Assembly: GCA_030141605.1 (NCBI GenBank)
Contig: JAQGDQ010000697.1
Location: 1-64,000 of the forward strand
Reading direction: 5' to 3'
Length of the DNA stretch: 64,000 nucleotides
From: Tubiluchus corallicola
Lineage: Eukaryota > Animalia > Priapulida
In this document: in pieces, positions 25,751 to 40,862 of the stretch
How the letters are laid out: every line of letters begins with the position of its first letter
Numbering within the stretch: the first letter of the stretch is position 1
Notes under the pieces: model-generated
Database searches by the model: none
What the model saw: the letters and a program-made list of their open reading frames with translations, nothing else
Told to the model about the DNA's origin: nothing
Position numbers and translations under genes: made by a program

Positions 25751-28700
25751 GTATAATGATATTAATTAAATATTTTTTGTTTAGTTACTTACTGTATCCA
25801 CAGATTGACATAGTTATTATTTATGACTTTTTTACTTTTTTCATTTGAGCATGAAATTAAATTGCATGTTATATTATTTTCCCCAAGTTTTTTGAGTCAT
25901 TAATTAACGTTCACCTGTAGCATGATCTGCATGACATCGTAAACATATTTATTTTACTTTTCTTGTTTTGTTTTTAACTTGAAATGAAACATTAAATGAT
26001 TATATACAGTTAATATGTATTTACAGCACTGCTCATAATACTATGTTAAATATATAATTTAATACTCTGCTTGGGGTGTCTGATTCGATAACTAATGTTT
26101 TTTTCCGCAACCCTGATCTTGTATTTCCTATAGGGCAATCAAAGAGGGGCATGGTACATTAGCTTTGTATTTTATTTCAGAAGGGATGTAGTATCATAGT
26201 CACTAAATACATAAATGCTGATCAGGCTGTGTCGGCATTTCTCTCCAGATAATATAACTTCACAGATACGAGTAAATGACCTGTGTCAAGTTGCCGTCTC
26301 TATCCGAGCAGTGTTAAACGAAGTTCATCGAAAAGCCCCTCGCTTAAACAGCTACAATTTTATTCACCTGTGTCCTATAGTTAACCTTGACTTAGATTCT
26401 GCATTATAGATGCGACAGGGCAGACAAGAGTGGGTCAGACAAAATTCAAAGGGGGGTTTGTTAGTAGGTACTTACATACTAACAAAATATCAATAATTTA
26501 TAATGCAGTTAAGTATTACTGCCAGTAGCTAAATATTATATATATATATCAGTTAATGAAACATACAATGTGAATGTTGCAAAAGCATAATGCGAGAACT
26601 ATTAAATGTAGAGCAAAACATGAAGTCCATGAAGGATAAATCCGACTGGTGAAAAATAAAAATTTTCCAGACTTAATGGGCACTTTGTCTTCTTTACTGT
26701 TACTGTTATACTGAAATTTCACTTTGCCTAAATGCTTAAAAGTATCTTTGATCATCCAGATTAGCCCACTGTTAACTGTGGCTCTAGTACAGAGTCTAAG
26801 AGGAGCACAAATTTGTATGGACATGTTGAATCACGTATTTTGTTCTATTCTACATTCTAGAATCAGTTTTTAGCACTAAAACTACTTTACAGTTTTGAGC
26901 ATGACACTTAATGGTACAGATGTAACAAATGAGCAAGAAGTCACAGTTAAAGCTGACGACACAAGTGAGGAATTTAAATGTGGAGCTCAAGGCGGGAATC
27001 TTAAACCTGTCATCAGCTGGTTTGTTGGTATGTAAATTATAGGCTGTTACCTACATTTAGTCTTACATAAGTTATAAACAAATTTAGGTAAAAATGGCAC
27101 AGATAAAATCGGTACAGGAAAAAATTGCACAGTTAGCAAAATATGTGTTTAGGGTTAAGGTTACAGTGGGATATAATTATTTTTGTTTTTGTGTCTCTGC
27201 AAAGGAGGCTATGCTTCAAAAAATTTGTTTGTCTGTTTGTTTGGTTTTTTTGTCTGTTATGGGAGTAAGCTTATCACACAAAAACCATTTAACAGCTTTC
27301 CAAGAAACTTTTTGAAGAAAGGCGGGTATAGAGTGCCAAGATAGGAATCTTTTCCCTAGTTATTTCTTTTTCAAAATTACACTAAACACCAAAAACGTTT
27401 GTGGGACACTTCATGGAGGTTCCAGATGGAGTGTTTAATATTTTTTTTATTATCTCCACCAGTACACATAACTACGAGTTAGTGCCAAGTTCCACTTCGA
27501 GAAATTTTCACTTGTAAAACTGTGCAACGCTGTCTGTAACCTTTGCTTAGTAATGTGTGTAGGCTTATAAGGTGACTTGGTATGTATGTTGTTGGTCAGT
27601 AGTCAAACACTATGTGGGACATTCGTGCATTACTGATTATAAATACATTTTATAAATGTTTTGTGAGTCCTCTGGTTATCTTTGTAATACCAATACATGT
27701 ACATGTTAGTATGTCTGTTTGTTTATCTTTACATTAAATGTTTTGAATGAAGAGAATCAGCCAAATAAATTTAGGATTGTTTGGCTTTGGCAGAGATCAC
27801 CTGCTTCCTACTGAGTGCATTTAATTTTTATTATACAAATCAGTTGCATCAAAACACGTGTCACTTTCTCTTGTGACATTTTTTCCTGTGACATTTTTTT
27901 CATGAAAAATCAGTCATTTTATATATCAAAGATAAGAAAAAGAAATTCCTATGTAAAATTAGTTTTAAGATGTCATATGTAAATCACAGGAAGATAAAAT
28001 TTAAAACTGGAAAAGTGAATGTAGAAGATTAATTTAAATTTGTTTGTCAAAGTGTTACAAGTATGCCAACAACTGTAATATATAATTTTTACTTCATTGT
28101 TAAATTTGATGTACTATTGTTAAATATAGGCACTGTGTGCTACAAGTCAAAGCTATAGACATTTGGCTGAAATCAACCAAACAATTAATTGAATTAATTA
28201 AATAATTAGATACTGGCAATTGCAGGTTCTTACACTAGGTAACTATTAAAATTAGTCACCTAATTAATTATTAAACAACTATGTTAAACAAAATTCATTT
28301 ATTCATAGAGCCTATCTGAATTCCAGACCTCCTGATGTAGTACATGTGCAGGCTTTCAGATGTTTCCTCTGCAAAACCACTCATACGTTTTCTTTGTTTC
28401 AAATTATATGTAGGGAAATTGTGGCACATGACAGTTGTAAAGAGTGGTTCACAATTTCAAACCAGCCTGAATGAAAAACTAACCACAAAAACCCTTTTCA
28501 GAGTTCCAGTGATTGATGGTGATCGTGAAAAGGTCATATTAAGGTTATTGGCACTTTGCAACATTAGTCACGAGTTTGCATACATAGTCATCGATTTACA
28601 CCGACTACAACTTAGGCAACTTTGGAAAACAGCATCACGTCAGATTTACCTGTTTATTATTCAAACAATTTAATTTGGTGTGCCAGCTTTCCTCCTTCTT

Positions 28701-31700
28701 CTAGTATTGTTTTATTGACACCTGAAAATCTGCTTTGTTGATGTCCTTGTTCCTTGTTCTTAGTTGATGTGAACATTTCAGGATACAATCTGGGTGGCAC
28801 ATTGGTCCTTTCGTTGTTTATTTCTCTGTAATAGTTACAGTTCTTCTCTTGTCACACTGCTGTGTTCATCGTTGGGTTAGATACTTGCTCATCAAAGTGT
28901 TATTTAGCTCTTGTACATCTTTGAGATTTTTCAAACACATGTCAGTGTACTCGTTTAGTTTAGCCTCAACTTGTATCAATTTGCTCACTGTCCAAAATAA
29001 ATTAACTTCTTCTGCTGTGTGTTTTGGGACAGATCTCGTGCCATAAAATGAGTAATTCCACCACTGCAAAACAAGTCTAGATCTTTTAGTATGTGTAATA
29101 CATCATTCAGGTCAGCCTTATGTATTAATCTTATGTTTGACGTATGTTTATTTGGTTTTCCTGCCAAATGGTGACCATGGTGCTTCCAAAGACATTTTTT
29201 AGCTATCTTTTTTTGTGACAAATAAAAGTCAAGAATTATCCTCTTAGTGGATTATTTCCTGCTATCATCTCGGTAACAGTTGTAGTAAGACAGTGACTCA
29301 TTAACTACCAATGTGCTATTATCATCCCAATGTAGTCGGATGCCATAATTACCTGTATTGTCCAACACTAGTAAAGTGCAGGAAATCCAATAGTTTGACT
29401 TTAGTTTGACCAATAGCATATAGTCACATGATGGTACCAGTAATCTGACATGCAGTGCACCAGGCTAACGGTACCAATAACCTTTGACATACAAATGCAA
29501 ATTGCAATTACACGTAGTGCAATTTCAAAAAGGCTTATTGAAGGAACATGTTGAAATTGCTTTAAATTACTGATTTTGTAATACTGTTTCAGATTCGGAA
29601 GATATCACGAATTCAGCAGTACAAGATGATGACGACATTAGTACACTGAATCATGCATTTAAACCTGGTGAAGATGGAGACAATGGGGCAGTTTTACAGT
29701 GTAGAGTGTCCGTGCCTGAGCTGGAATTGAAGTTTATCAATAAAACATTAAATGTGGAATGTAAGTTGTTATTGGTAATGCTAAATTGCATTTAAGTTGT
29801 TATCAGTGTTAATGGTAGTTACATATAGTAAAAATAAATTAAGAAGAATTAAGAAAAGCTACATTGTAAATAAAGAAACAATGATGCCTGTGTAACAAAG
29901 TAAAAATTATTGGTTAGTCGTGTACTCATACTTGATTTCAATGGAATTGATGGGCAAGAACATCATTTTTTAGTTTTTGTAATTTTTCGCTTATTATTGG
30001 GTGTAATGAACATGTTCACATTCTCCAAGAGTCCAGCAATGTGCATTTTTGCTATACTGACTTGCCATTTTTAAATATTACTGAAGCATCATCTGTAAAA
30101 GATCTTTTCGTAGTTTTATATAATGTCTTGAGAAGAACTCTTTCTTTTGGAAACAGAAAAACTAGTTACTAAGCCAAATGGTCACTTTTAAAAAGGTAGG
30201 CTTATTTAAGGCTCTATGACGTAGCATACGTTGTTAGACTATTGATTCGAGGTTTGAGTCCCTCTCATGTCAGCTTTTTACGAGTCATGCCTCCTCTTAA
30301 AAGACTCTTTGTCCACCTTCCTATGTTTATTCAGCCTTAATTGATTACCTCTGGAAAATAAATGTGACCAAACAATGGGCTAGACAATTCCACCTCTTTC
30401 CTCTTTGTGTACTAAAGCTGCCAAAATTGATGCCATGGCCATCTATGCCTGCTCAAGACCTTTCTGGCATGGTGCATATCTTTTCTTCTTCGAAAGAAGA
30501 TGGTGAATTTGTCTTCCTCTTTAACACTGGTGCCTAAATGGGGGATTTCAAACCTGTTGTTATTACTAATATATTATGGAAATGTATAGAAAAGGTAAGA
30601 AAAAGTGGCCAGAAAATAATAGATGACGATTCATATCATTATCAAATTGCTGTGCAATTCTAGGGAGTATCAGTTTGCATTCTGAAACTGTACCATTGCA
30701 GTCACTGTTGTTGATTTTGTTACAAAACATACCAATCAGCCTAAAACAATAATATGATCACTTTTTGAGCTACTTATGAACATTTGTTACTTCATATACT
30801 GATACACAAGTCACAAATCAAGTCCCAAATGGCAATGCAAGAGTGAACTGAGCACATCTGTGCATTAGAAAGAACAGAGATAGTGACTGATATTTTAGTT
30901 ATTTTTTGTAATGGTTCTACTCATTGAGGAAATTTAACATAGTAACAACATGTCATTACAAGTAGTTGCAAGCGATTAAATACTGCTTAGCATAAAGCAC
31001 TGCTTTGTATTGTTGAGAAATCTCTAAGCCGATGCTACCATTTATGCTAACTGTAGAAATATTTCAAAATTAATACAGACTTTTTTCCAAACAGGATGGC
31101 TATGACAATTAATTACTCGATGACACATTTAGATGTATCAACATTTCAATTAATTCCAGTGTATGGAAAATGTTATGAGCATTTCAGAGCATTAGATTAA
31201 AATATTTGCAAAAACTGCTATCATTTTAAAGTTTCAGCAATCGGAGGTTCCTTTGAAACGTTGAATTGTTTTGGTTTTACAATTACCTGTTAACAGTTGT
31301 CTCCAAAAAGGCTACATCATTGTTACAGCATTGTTATATAAATGTCGTTGAATGGCGTCAACTAGTTAAAGTATCGTTCTCCAAGTTGTAATTTGAAAAT
31401 TTACTATGAAGTGTGTTGAAACATTCTATACTGTTAATATGAATAAACTAAGCTAATATGAGAAGCTACAAGGTATTGAAATAGACGAACATATCGAAAT
31501 ATGGTACGAATCAGACGATGTATTTTCAAGACCTATTTGCCCACACTTTGTTCTTACATTTTGTGGTGACCGTCAACGGCACTACTGATAATGACCAATA
31601 GCTGAAGTTAATGAATAGCATTTTACTGAAGCTGGTGTGATCTGTGTCCAAACTACTTTTTTACCTCCACCTTTGGAGGAAGAGTAATTTGTAAATTTCC

Positions 31701-34700
31701 TTTAACTTTGATGCTGTTGTTGGCTATAAATTTCGTTTGAATTATCATACATAATAAGTTTGTATGCTAACTAATGTGTTTGTGTCAAATTCAGATTTTC
31801 CAATCATCTGTATCTTTTATTTTACAATATGCTTCATTCTACATTTTAACTACAAGAAATAAATGTGGTTATTCAACTAAACAAATATAAATTTGCATTT
31901 TTAATGATGCAGATATGATGCAAAATTTCAACATCAAAATTCTTCAAGGAAAAGAAACTGTTGTCATTGGTGACACACTAGAACTAGAATGTGAAGCTGA
32001 TGGGAATCCTGAGCCCACGGAGTATGAATGGAGTAAAGATAAAAATGATTTACCTGAAACAACCAGAATTCTCAAAAGGGGTTCAGTTACATTGGACGAT
32101 GGAGGTAAATACAAATGTGAAGCAAGTAACAGCATTGGTAGTGGAACTGCGGAGGTAGACATAATAGTTAATGGTAAGTTTGCTCACTCTAGTAAATAGA
32201 CCCTAAAACATTTATTCTTTTTGTTTTTGGCTAACAACTTGAAAGATGTTTTTTTTAAATATCTGAAGATGTGTGTTTACATAAATGTTTGCACTTTGCA
32301 ATATATTTGTCGGGATGCTGAAACAAAGAAAAGAATGACAGTTGACTGTCAGTTCAATGCCGAAGTTTTAACATTTTCGTTATTTAGTATTTTGCTGGCT
32401 ATGTCGATTTCTTTGTTTCTATAGTCGCGTTACTTCATACAGATACCATCACATCTCTCTCTTTCTTTCTATTCTCCTTTAACTTTTCTTTTCTACTCCT
32501 TTACTGATCTTTTCTACTTCACTCAATCCACATTCATTTGGGGTGCTCTGAACAATTAATTACTTCTTGAGTACAACATTGGTCATTTGCAGCTTGGCAT
32601 GTTGTGTACATAATAATAAGTATGTTATTAATATACTTTGAAGTGCTATACTGTAATGATCGTTGTGGATATATTTAAAAAATAAATAAAATAAATAATA
32701 ATGAATACTTGGCACTATGAAGCTACTTAATGAAGTCTAGCTGCTTTGAAAATGTTCTTCAACAGTTTATTATAACCATGTAAGTTTTATTTTAGTTTGT
32801 CTTTGTCTGTTGTTTTTCGTTATTAAATGTTGTTTTTATAACAGTGTAACCTGTTGTATGGTATTTAAAAAGAAATATTTACACCGCATTGATCCGTTTA
32901 ATATATTTTTAGAAATGCCCAATGTTTTTTATTGTTATTTTTTGTGATCTGGTTATTTTTAATATACACCTTAACACACGGCGGCAAAACCTGTTTTATA
33001 TAGATAACAGTGACTTGACTGACACTTAGCTTATTATCAAAGATAATCCTCTAAGACTGGACACTAAATGACCGAGGTGTCGCCCCTTCTTCGAATGCAG
33101 ATACATTCTCTCTTGATGGGGTTTAAATGCAGGCAGTATGGCAGTTGGAACTGTCTAAATCTTTATATCAATTCACTAACCTGAGTTACCAGTACTTATC
33201 TTTCAGCTAAGTTTGTGCTGCTACCATTCAGCTATTCTTATTGATCTCTTGTTTAAAGTAATCAATGTTTTAGTAGAAAGTGTCACAATTTACCTGATAA
33301 AAATTTGTGTGCAAATCAGGTGGACCGCGGTTCCTGGGAGAACATGACTGTACAACTGAAGCAGAAGTTGGAAAAAGTGTGACGCTGGAGTCTGCTGTCT
33401 TCTGTTCCAAGCCAAAGTTTAGTTCTGCCTCTTGGATGTGGGATGTAGATAAAGTTATTAGCCATAATGATGCTGGTGAAGAAACTTACAATGAACGAAT
33501 CTTTTCAACTCTAACTGATGCTGAAGGAGGTCAGTCAACTGAAGATTGTTTCAAAGCCAAACTTCGCATCTTAGAACTTAATAGAGATGATTTTGATGAT
33601 GGAAAAATTACATTCACTGTGGAGAATGTCGTCAGTGAGGTTGATGTCAATTGCAGTATAGATATATTAGGTAAAGGACGCAAAAGTTCTATTCGTGTGT
33701 TTACATGTGGTGCTAATGTATTGCATTGCTTGCAAGATTGTAGCAAATGTCTCTTGCTTTGCTTGTTTTCAGCTCTGTAACAACTGATTTCTGCCTACGT
33801 TTTATTCTGGAATGAAAGTCGTGTTAACAAAAAGCGTAAAATGTTTCGATGCTTTGAAGTTTTGCAAGTCTATCATTTCACCAACTAAAATGTAAATGTT
33901 GTAACAGAGAAGTTACATCCCAAACATTTCTGCAGTTTTTTGTAGTTTCTTTATTCCTTGTGTGAGAAAATATCCTCCAGTTGAACTATTTTATCTCATA
34001 GTGTCTTTATCTGACTCTTATGTACATTTTCCACTGATCCTGCTTGAAGTATTATAATTGCCCTTTTTATTACTGCAGACTCCTAGTTCATTATTTGTGA
34101 TAGTTTAGTAACATGGACTTTCCTTATTGTTCTGTTTACAATCGGTTAGGTGATTTTTAATATATCTTAGATTTAATCAAACACATCAATAGTAAAAACA
34201 TGTAATATATTTAGTTGCAACAGAAATTTGGCTCTTTCTGTTTACAGCTGCATCAATGGTATACATTCAACAATGCTTCTGAATATCATACTTATTTTGC
34301 AGTCTTGTATCTGTTACTTTGCGTGCTGTTTTTTTAGAGACGACTGCTTGACATACGATAAGCTCTTCCTTTAACAGAACTTTGCGTTTTTAAGGAAATT
34401 TTCATATACACTACACACAGATGTTGTTTAGTTAGTGGGCTCATCATCTGGGATTTTGCTTTACATTTTTGTGTCTTGGTGGCTGGCAAACTAGTGCTCA
34501 GGCGGCTCAGTTAAAAGCGAGCTTGTGGCATCAACTTGTATGGTTTTAGAATATTTTGCTGTTTGTCTTGACTTGTGGTTTTTACTTAAAAGTCCAGTAC
34601 TTTTCATGTCTATAACCACTGGATGCAATCATTTGGTAACAAAAACAGCAGAGAAAGTCTAAATTCAACTCCAAAAGATTTTTTTTCCTTGAACAATCTT

Positions 34701-37700
34701 CAAGCTGGTTGTTTAAAGAAAAAAAAATTGTGGCTTTGATAGACTTTGTTTGTTAATTTTTGTCGGAACATGTCAGTGTTTATTTGCTTTTTTATGCTAT
34801 AATGTGCTTTTAAAATGCCATTGGAAAAAATCTTTGTCAGTGCTGCACCTTAATCCACTGTTTTGTTATAATAAACGACATATAGAAGTTACAGACTCAT
34901 TCATTATCAGATCTGTCCTTGCTTGTAATATGTGAGAAAGCCAAATTTGTGTTAATTTATAATTTTGTTATGTTAAAAACCTTTTGTATAATATTTCTAA
35001 CAATATCTTGGTATCGGACATGCAAGTAAACTAGATTACGTAATCATTAAACATCCCACAAGAAGCATAAATAATAAAAGCTTTTATACCGAATGCCTGC
35101 AGGTGAGCCAAACTTTTTAGAAGAAGGTGACTGTTCTTCTGAAGGAGCTTTGGGAGAAAGTGTAACACTGGAATCTGGTGTTTTCTGCTCCAATCCTAAA
35201 TTCGCTTCTGTTAGCTGGACGTGGGACGATGATAAAACTATTAATCATGATGATATTGGCGAAGAGTCTTATAATGAAAGAGTTACCTCAAAATTAGTAT
35301 CTACTGCTGGTGGTCATTCACAAGAGGAATGTTTTACAGCTGAATTTTATGTATCGGAGCTTACACAGGAGGACTTTGAAAATAAAGAAACCCTTCTGAA
35401 ATTCGTTGTTAAAAATAGCATTGGCGATAAAGAATTGACCTGTCAAATAGATATATCAGGTATCCAAGGATTCTATGTATATGTGGTGTTGCTTGGTAGT
35501 GCAACATGTGGTTAGTTCTATGTGGGTAGCTTGCAGGTTTATGCTGGCAAAATGTCATGCAAAACAAACATACTATAACACTGACTGCATCACAGAAAGA
35601 AAAAAGCATAAACAGGTGATAAAATACCTTGATTAGGTGTGCTATTAGTGCTAATAAAAAGGTCTTGCTTGAACTTCAGTTCAGTTTTACCCACGTAAGC
35701 TGTTATAAGATCCTCTGTCTAACATTTTTATCATTAATGTAAATCGAAATGATCATAATGGCCTAGCCACTGGTCAGTGTAGGAATGCGTGCATCATTTT
35801 CTTTGTCTTTTTAACTTGTTGAGTTTATCAGCATCACATTTCAGCACCTGTGGCATTTTTATTTTAATCTATTTTATTTACAAGAACTTTCTTAGTTCAG
35901 TTATTATGTCGATGTCATTGCACTTTCCGGTTTGCAAACAATAATCTACAACAGTTGCTGTAGCAAGCATTAGCAATCGCTTTTAATTGCAGTTACTTTC
36001 TAGTTTTGCATGAATTATAGGTTTCTTTTCTACGCACGTGCATGAAATTCACTCTATACTGCATGGCATAATTTTGTTCTGGTAGGGCATGTGGAAATAA
36101 CTGGTGATGGTGCTCCCTGGGTTAATGTAAATGAAGATGACTTCAGTTTCTCTCTCTCATTTGAATCCTTGCCCAAATTTACTCTGGCAAAGTGGACATG
36201 GAATGACAAAGAGCTAGAACATACATCTGAAGGCACCGTATATGAAGACAGATTCACATCTGAGCTAACCAAACAGAGCGAGAATGATACGACTGAAGTT
36301 TTTACTGTTACCTTCAGTATTATAAACTGGAAGGTCTCAGACGTCACAAACTACATACTTTATGTTGAAAACGACTACGAATCCGACCAATTCACTGTTT
36401 CCTTGCGGAGTACGTATCACCATATTTAGATTTGCTAGTTTACTGTGCATTTTGGGCACCTTTGGAATTAATTTGCAGTATTCTTTCATCTCTTTTATTT
36501 TCTTAACTTGTAGGTTAACACTAACAAGTAACAACTGATTCAATTTGATATCTTTATTATAAACTGTTTTTCACTTCCTACTTTCACTGTTTATGCAACT
36601 CCGGATCTGAAAGAGAATTTTCTCTTATCGCAGGTGAGCCTTTCCCACCTGATAGTCCTGTAACTGATTCGCAGGGAAATGTGGATGAAGATATAGAGAT
36701 TTCTTTACTCTTCTGCTCGGTGCCGCCATATACAGCAGCACGTTGGGAATGGGACGACACAATCATTAATTTGACACCTCCAACATTGGATGGATCTCAC
36801 GAAGAACGATTTTATGCTGAAATCAAACCGGATGGTGACACTTGTTTCAAAACGATGTTGAAAATATTGCAAGCACAGGAGTCTGACTCTAGAACATACA
36901 CTTTTGTTGTAAACAATGGAAAAGAAATGAAATTTCTTGTAAACGTTTCTATAACAAGTAGGTTTCTTGTTTCTTAGGTAACAAAGAGCTAGAACATACA
37001 TCTGAAGGCATTGTATATGATGATAGATTCACTGTTTTGAATTTATAATTTACCTTTCTTTTCGTAACCCGTTAGCGTCCACATAACATCAGTATTATAC
37101 AAGCAACACGTGTTCATCTTTCAAACGTATGTAAAGTCACCAACAGAAAACACCAAAACTGCACAGATTTAGGCAAAATAAACTATTTTATTGAAAACAT
37201 TAAAGTTTCATAAAAAGAGACTCATCAGCCAAAGGTGGTAATGTTACAACAGGCTTACAAAAGGGAAGCCCTGATTGGGCAGAGGCTACACAGTTAAATA
37301 GTAATGCCTACATCACATGTAGGATGTAGCCATTGTGACGGAGGGGAGTGTTGGTACAATTGAAGTCATAGTGCTTTTGCACTTAAATGCACCTGTAGAT
37401 TTTTTTGTTGGTGTAGAAAATAATATTGCTATACTAGCTGAAATCACACACAGATTTTGAAAATTGTAAAGAATCTATGTACTACTGCTTTCAAAGAATT
37501 GTTCACAAAAATGTTTGCAATAGTTAGGAAAGTGATGTATCAATTTGGATAATCTGATAAAGCCGGGAGCTTTTGCATAAGTTTCTACAGTGCGAGTCTG
37601 GATGAAGGAATAAATCATTTTCCTTTAATTTTACTTTTAATTTGTTATTTAGGAAAGACAAATTGGGCGATGATATGTGGAATTATAATTGGAACTCTGG

Positions 37701-40700
37701 CTCTCTTCCTCATAATTATCTTCCTCTTTGCTTTCTTTAAAAAGATCTGGTGCTGCAAACGTAAGTAAGCCAGCAAGTATCTTTTCGTACTTAACGTTAT
37801 TCTCATTAAGGTGCGACTCCATGTGTATGTAATGCATGATCCATAATGCTTATACAGCAGTTTGTATTTAAACATGTAGAAGTGTTTCCATGTGTACATA
37901 ATCCGTTATGAGTGGTCCTTCGTTCGAATACGTATCATGCAGCAATACTCAGACGGGAAACTGCTGTTGCTTAGGCGATTATAGCGAGTTTTATAGTTTT
38001 CGGCGACCATCTTGCTTGCGAAGTCTAAGGGCCCTAACCATAACAAGGTTATTGATGGTCTTGCCTCAACAACTTGCGAACTTGCGGCAGATTTGATGCG
38101 TCAACTGTTTCACTATTAAGTGAATTCCAATAGTCCACAACACGAGAAGAGAACAAATGAGCTCTGATATTAGTGCGAGACATTGTACAAATAATTTAGA
38201 TTTATGTCCACGTAAATCATGTAGTGTTCTAGAAACATCGTCCCTATGCAAAATAGAACTACCACTAATGACTTTATAACAGTTAATAAGATCTATAGTA
38301 TCATGGCGTTGTTCAAGTGATGATACAGAGTCAGGTTGAATATCAGAGGCTTGACTAATACATCTCCATTGAATTCTTTCTAAAGCATTTTTAAGAATGA
38401 CATACTGCAGTGACCAAACGACGCACGCATATTCAAATATTAGTCTAACTACAGCTTTATAAAGAGGTACAATAACTTTTGCACTACATGATGAAATACA
38501 GCATTTTGTCATTCCAATACGTCTATTGACCTGAGAAATAAGATGCTCAATATGTGAATTCCGCACTGCATTTACTACATTTGAGGGACATTGACCAGTT
38601 GTTACACCACTGCTCAATTTCAGACATGTCAGCTTGTAAGATCTCTTGATCATTCCTAATTGGATGGCAATGGTTTTATATCATCAACAAACAGTGGTAT
38701 ACGTGTGTCAGGGAAATATCATTGAAAATAAGAAAACAATAAGGTTCCGACAAAGTCCCTTGAGGAATGCTACTGGTTACATTTCTCCAGGAAGTGGTTA
38801 CACCATTTAAAACTACTCTATGCTTTCTGTGTGTTAGAAAATAATGAAAACATTGGAGTAGTTTCCCTCTTATACGTGCAAATGCCATTTTTAACATAAG
38901 ATGACGAAAAGGAATGGAATCGAATGCTTTTCTAAAATCAATATATATAATATCAGTTGATGAGAGACAAGGGTCATCAAAGAACTGGTACCAGTCATTT
39001 AGGCATTCAAGAAGATTTGTTGGTGTGGAGTGTTGCGATAATGAACCGTGTTGATTATTATTGAATTGGCCAGAAGATTTTAGTATATCGTCCCACAAAA
39101 GAGATTCAAGACATTTAGAGACAACAGATGATAGAGAAATAGGGCGTAATTCGTCACATGTCAAGTTGGTACAAGGTTTTTTAGGGTTAGGGGTAACGTT
39201 ACAATCTAACCAGTCTTGAGGGACTATACCACACTCCAAGGATTTGCAAAAAAGAAGAAAAGGAGGTAATGAGAGTTGTAAGGCACATGATTTCAGTAGA
39301 AAACCATGAACATCATTCCCAGTAATTTCAACGTAGAAGATACTGTCGTTATTCCAAGACAAAGGAGTTGATAAGGGACCATCATCGGGTTCATTGGTGA
39401 AGAAAGAAGCAAAAGAATCATTAATAGTCTTAGCAACTGGGATAGGATCTGAAGTGACATGTTGATGATCATTAACAGTTATAGTATGATTAGGAGGTTT
39501 AAGGAAATGTTTACTAGAACTGTAAAACACTACCATTCTTACTTAGTCGCTCCTCACATCGCAAGCGAACAGAATATAAAGCTGATTTCAATTCCTGCGA
39601 GGAGCGAGTATATTCAACATGAACACTGTTAAGATTAGAATAGTTCCATTTTGACCATAATATGCTTCTACGAGTTCTTGCTTTAGTAACAATGGGATCT
39701 TTTAGCCAAGGAGAAGATATAAGTTTGCACTGTTTAGCAGAAGTTCCTTTTAAGGAAATTGGTCAAATGCTTCATTATATGCAGACAAAAAGTAATTCTA
39801 ACAAGTAATAATGTCACAATTGTGAAACCAAGCTGTCCAGTAAGTATTTTCAAAAAAATTTTAGTAACGAAATTAATTTAGTACGATTAAAGTCATGCCA
39901 GGGTCTAGTTACAAGTTGTTGGTAATTGTGCATCAAAACAAATGCTAGTGTCATGATCACTGGTTGAAAATCCATGCCAAGGAGAGCAATTCGTGATGCA
40001 TTCAGGACAATTAGTTAAGACTAATTATAGGCAACTGTTTTTATGTGTTAAGCATCTAACTGCAGTTTTATCACTAAATGATGATATGTGCCATATTGTT
40101 CTCTTCCCTGCTAAATGATGTCCACCCTAAACCTGTGCATTCTTTTCCATCTAATCGTACAATAATAAGCTAATGACTGAGCTGTAAGCTTAAATTTCGA
40201 CAGAGACATTGTTTCCAAAAGTTAATGCTTACAGTTTTCACGAATAGCGAGACAAAAAATGGTGGAAAGAGTGCCGCGAGCTTTGTTAATGCGCATAGCG
40301 TTTACGGACGCATGGAAACAGTTAATACGCATCATGCATTATGCCACTGATCATGCATTACGTACACATGGAGTCATAATTTAAGAACGTAAAGTATAGT
40401 CAAACTTCTTTAATTATATACCACGTACTTTGGAACTGCAAAAAAGTTGGCATTACTGCGAGTTTGACATTGTAATGAGATGCGTTAATACCTATATGCC
40501 TATGCAAATGTATAGACATTTTATGTTGCTAAAATTTGGGTATCAAGCGAGTTTGGTATTGTAAGAGATGGTGTTATAACGAGGTTTGACTGCATGTATT
40601 TCTCTTTAAGTTGAAACTTATTTAATTATTTTTTACCTTTTGCCAGAAACTATTTTAACCTTTTCTATTAGGAAACCTTTTTTAGCAAACATTGTAACAT

Positions 40701-40793
40701 TTTGTTTTAGGAGTAAAAGCAGTGCATCGAATTTCTCTCTGTCTCCCTCCCTCCCTCCCTCTGTGCTCTAGCTCTCTGTCTCTTCTCTCTTCA

Positions 40794-40862
<69 letters not shown>

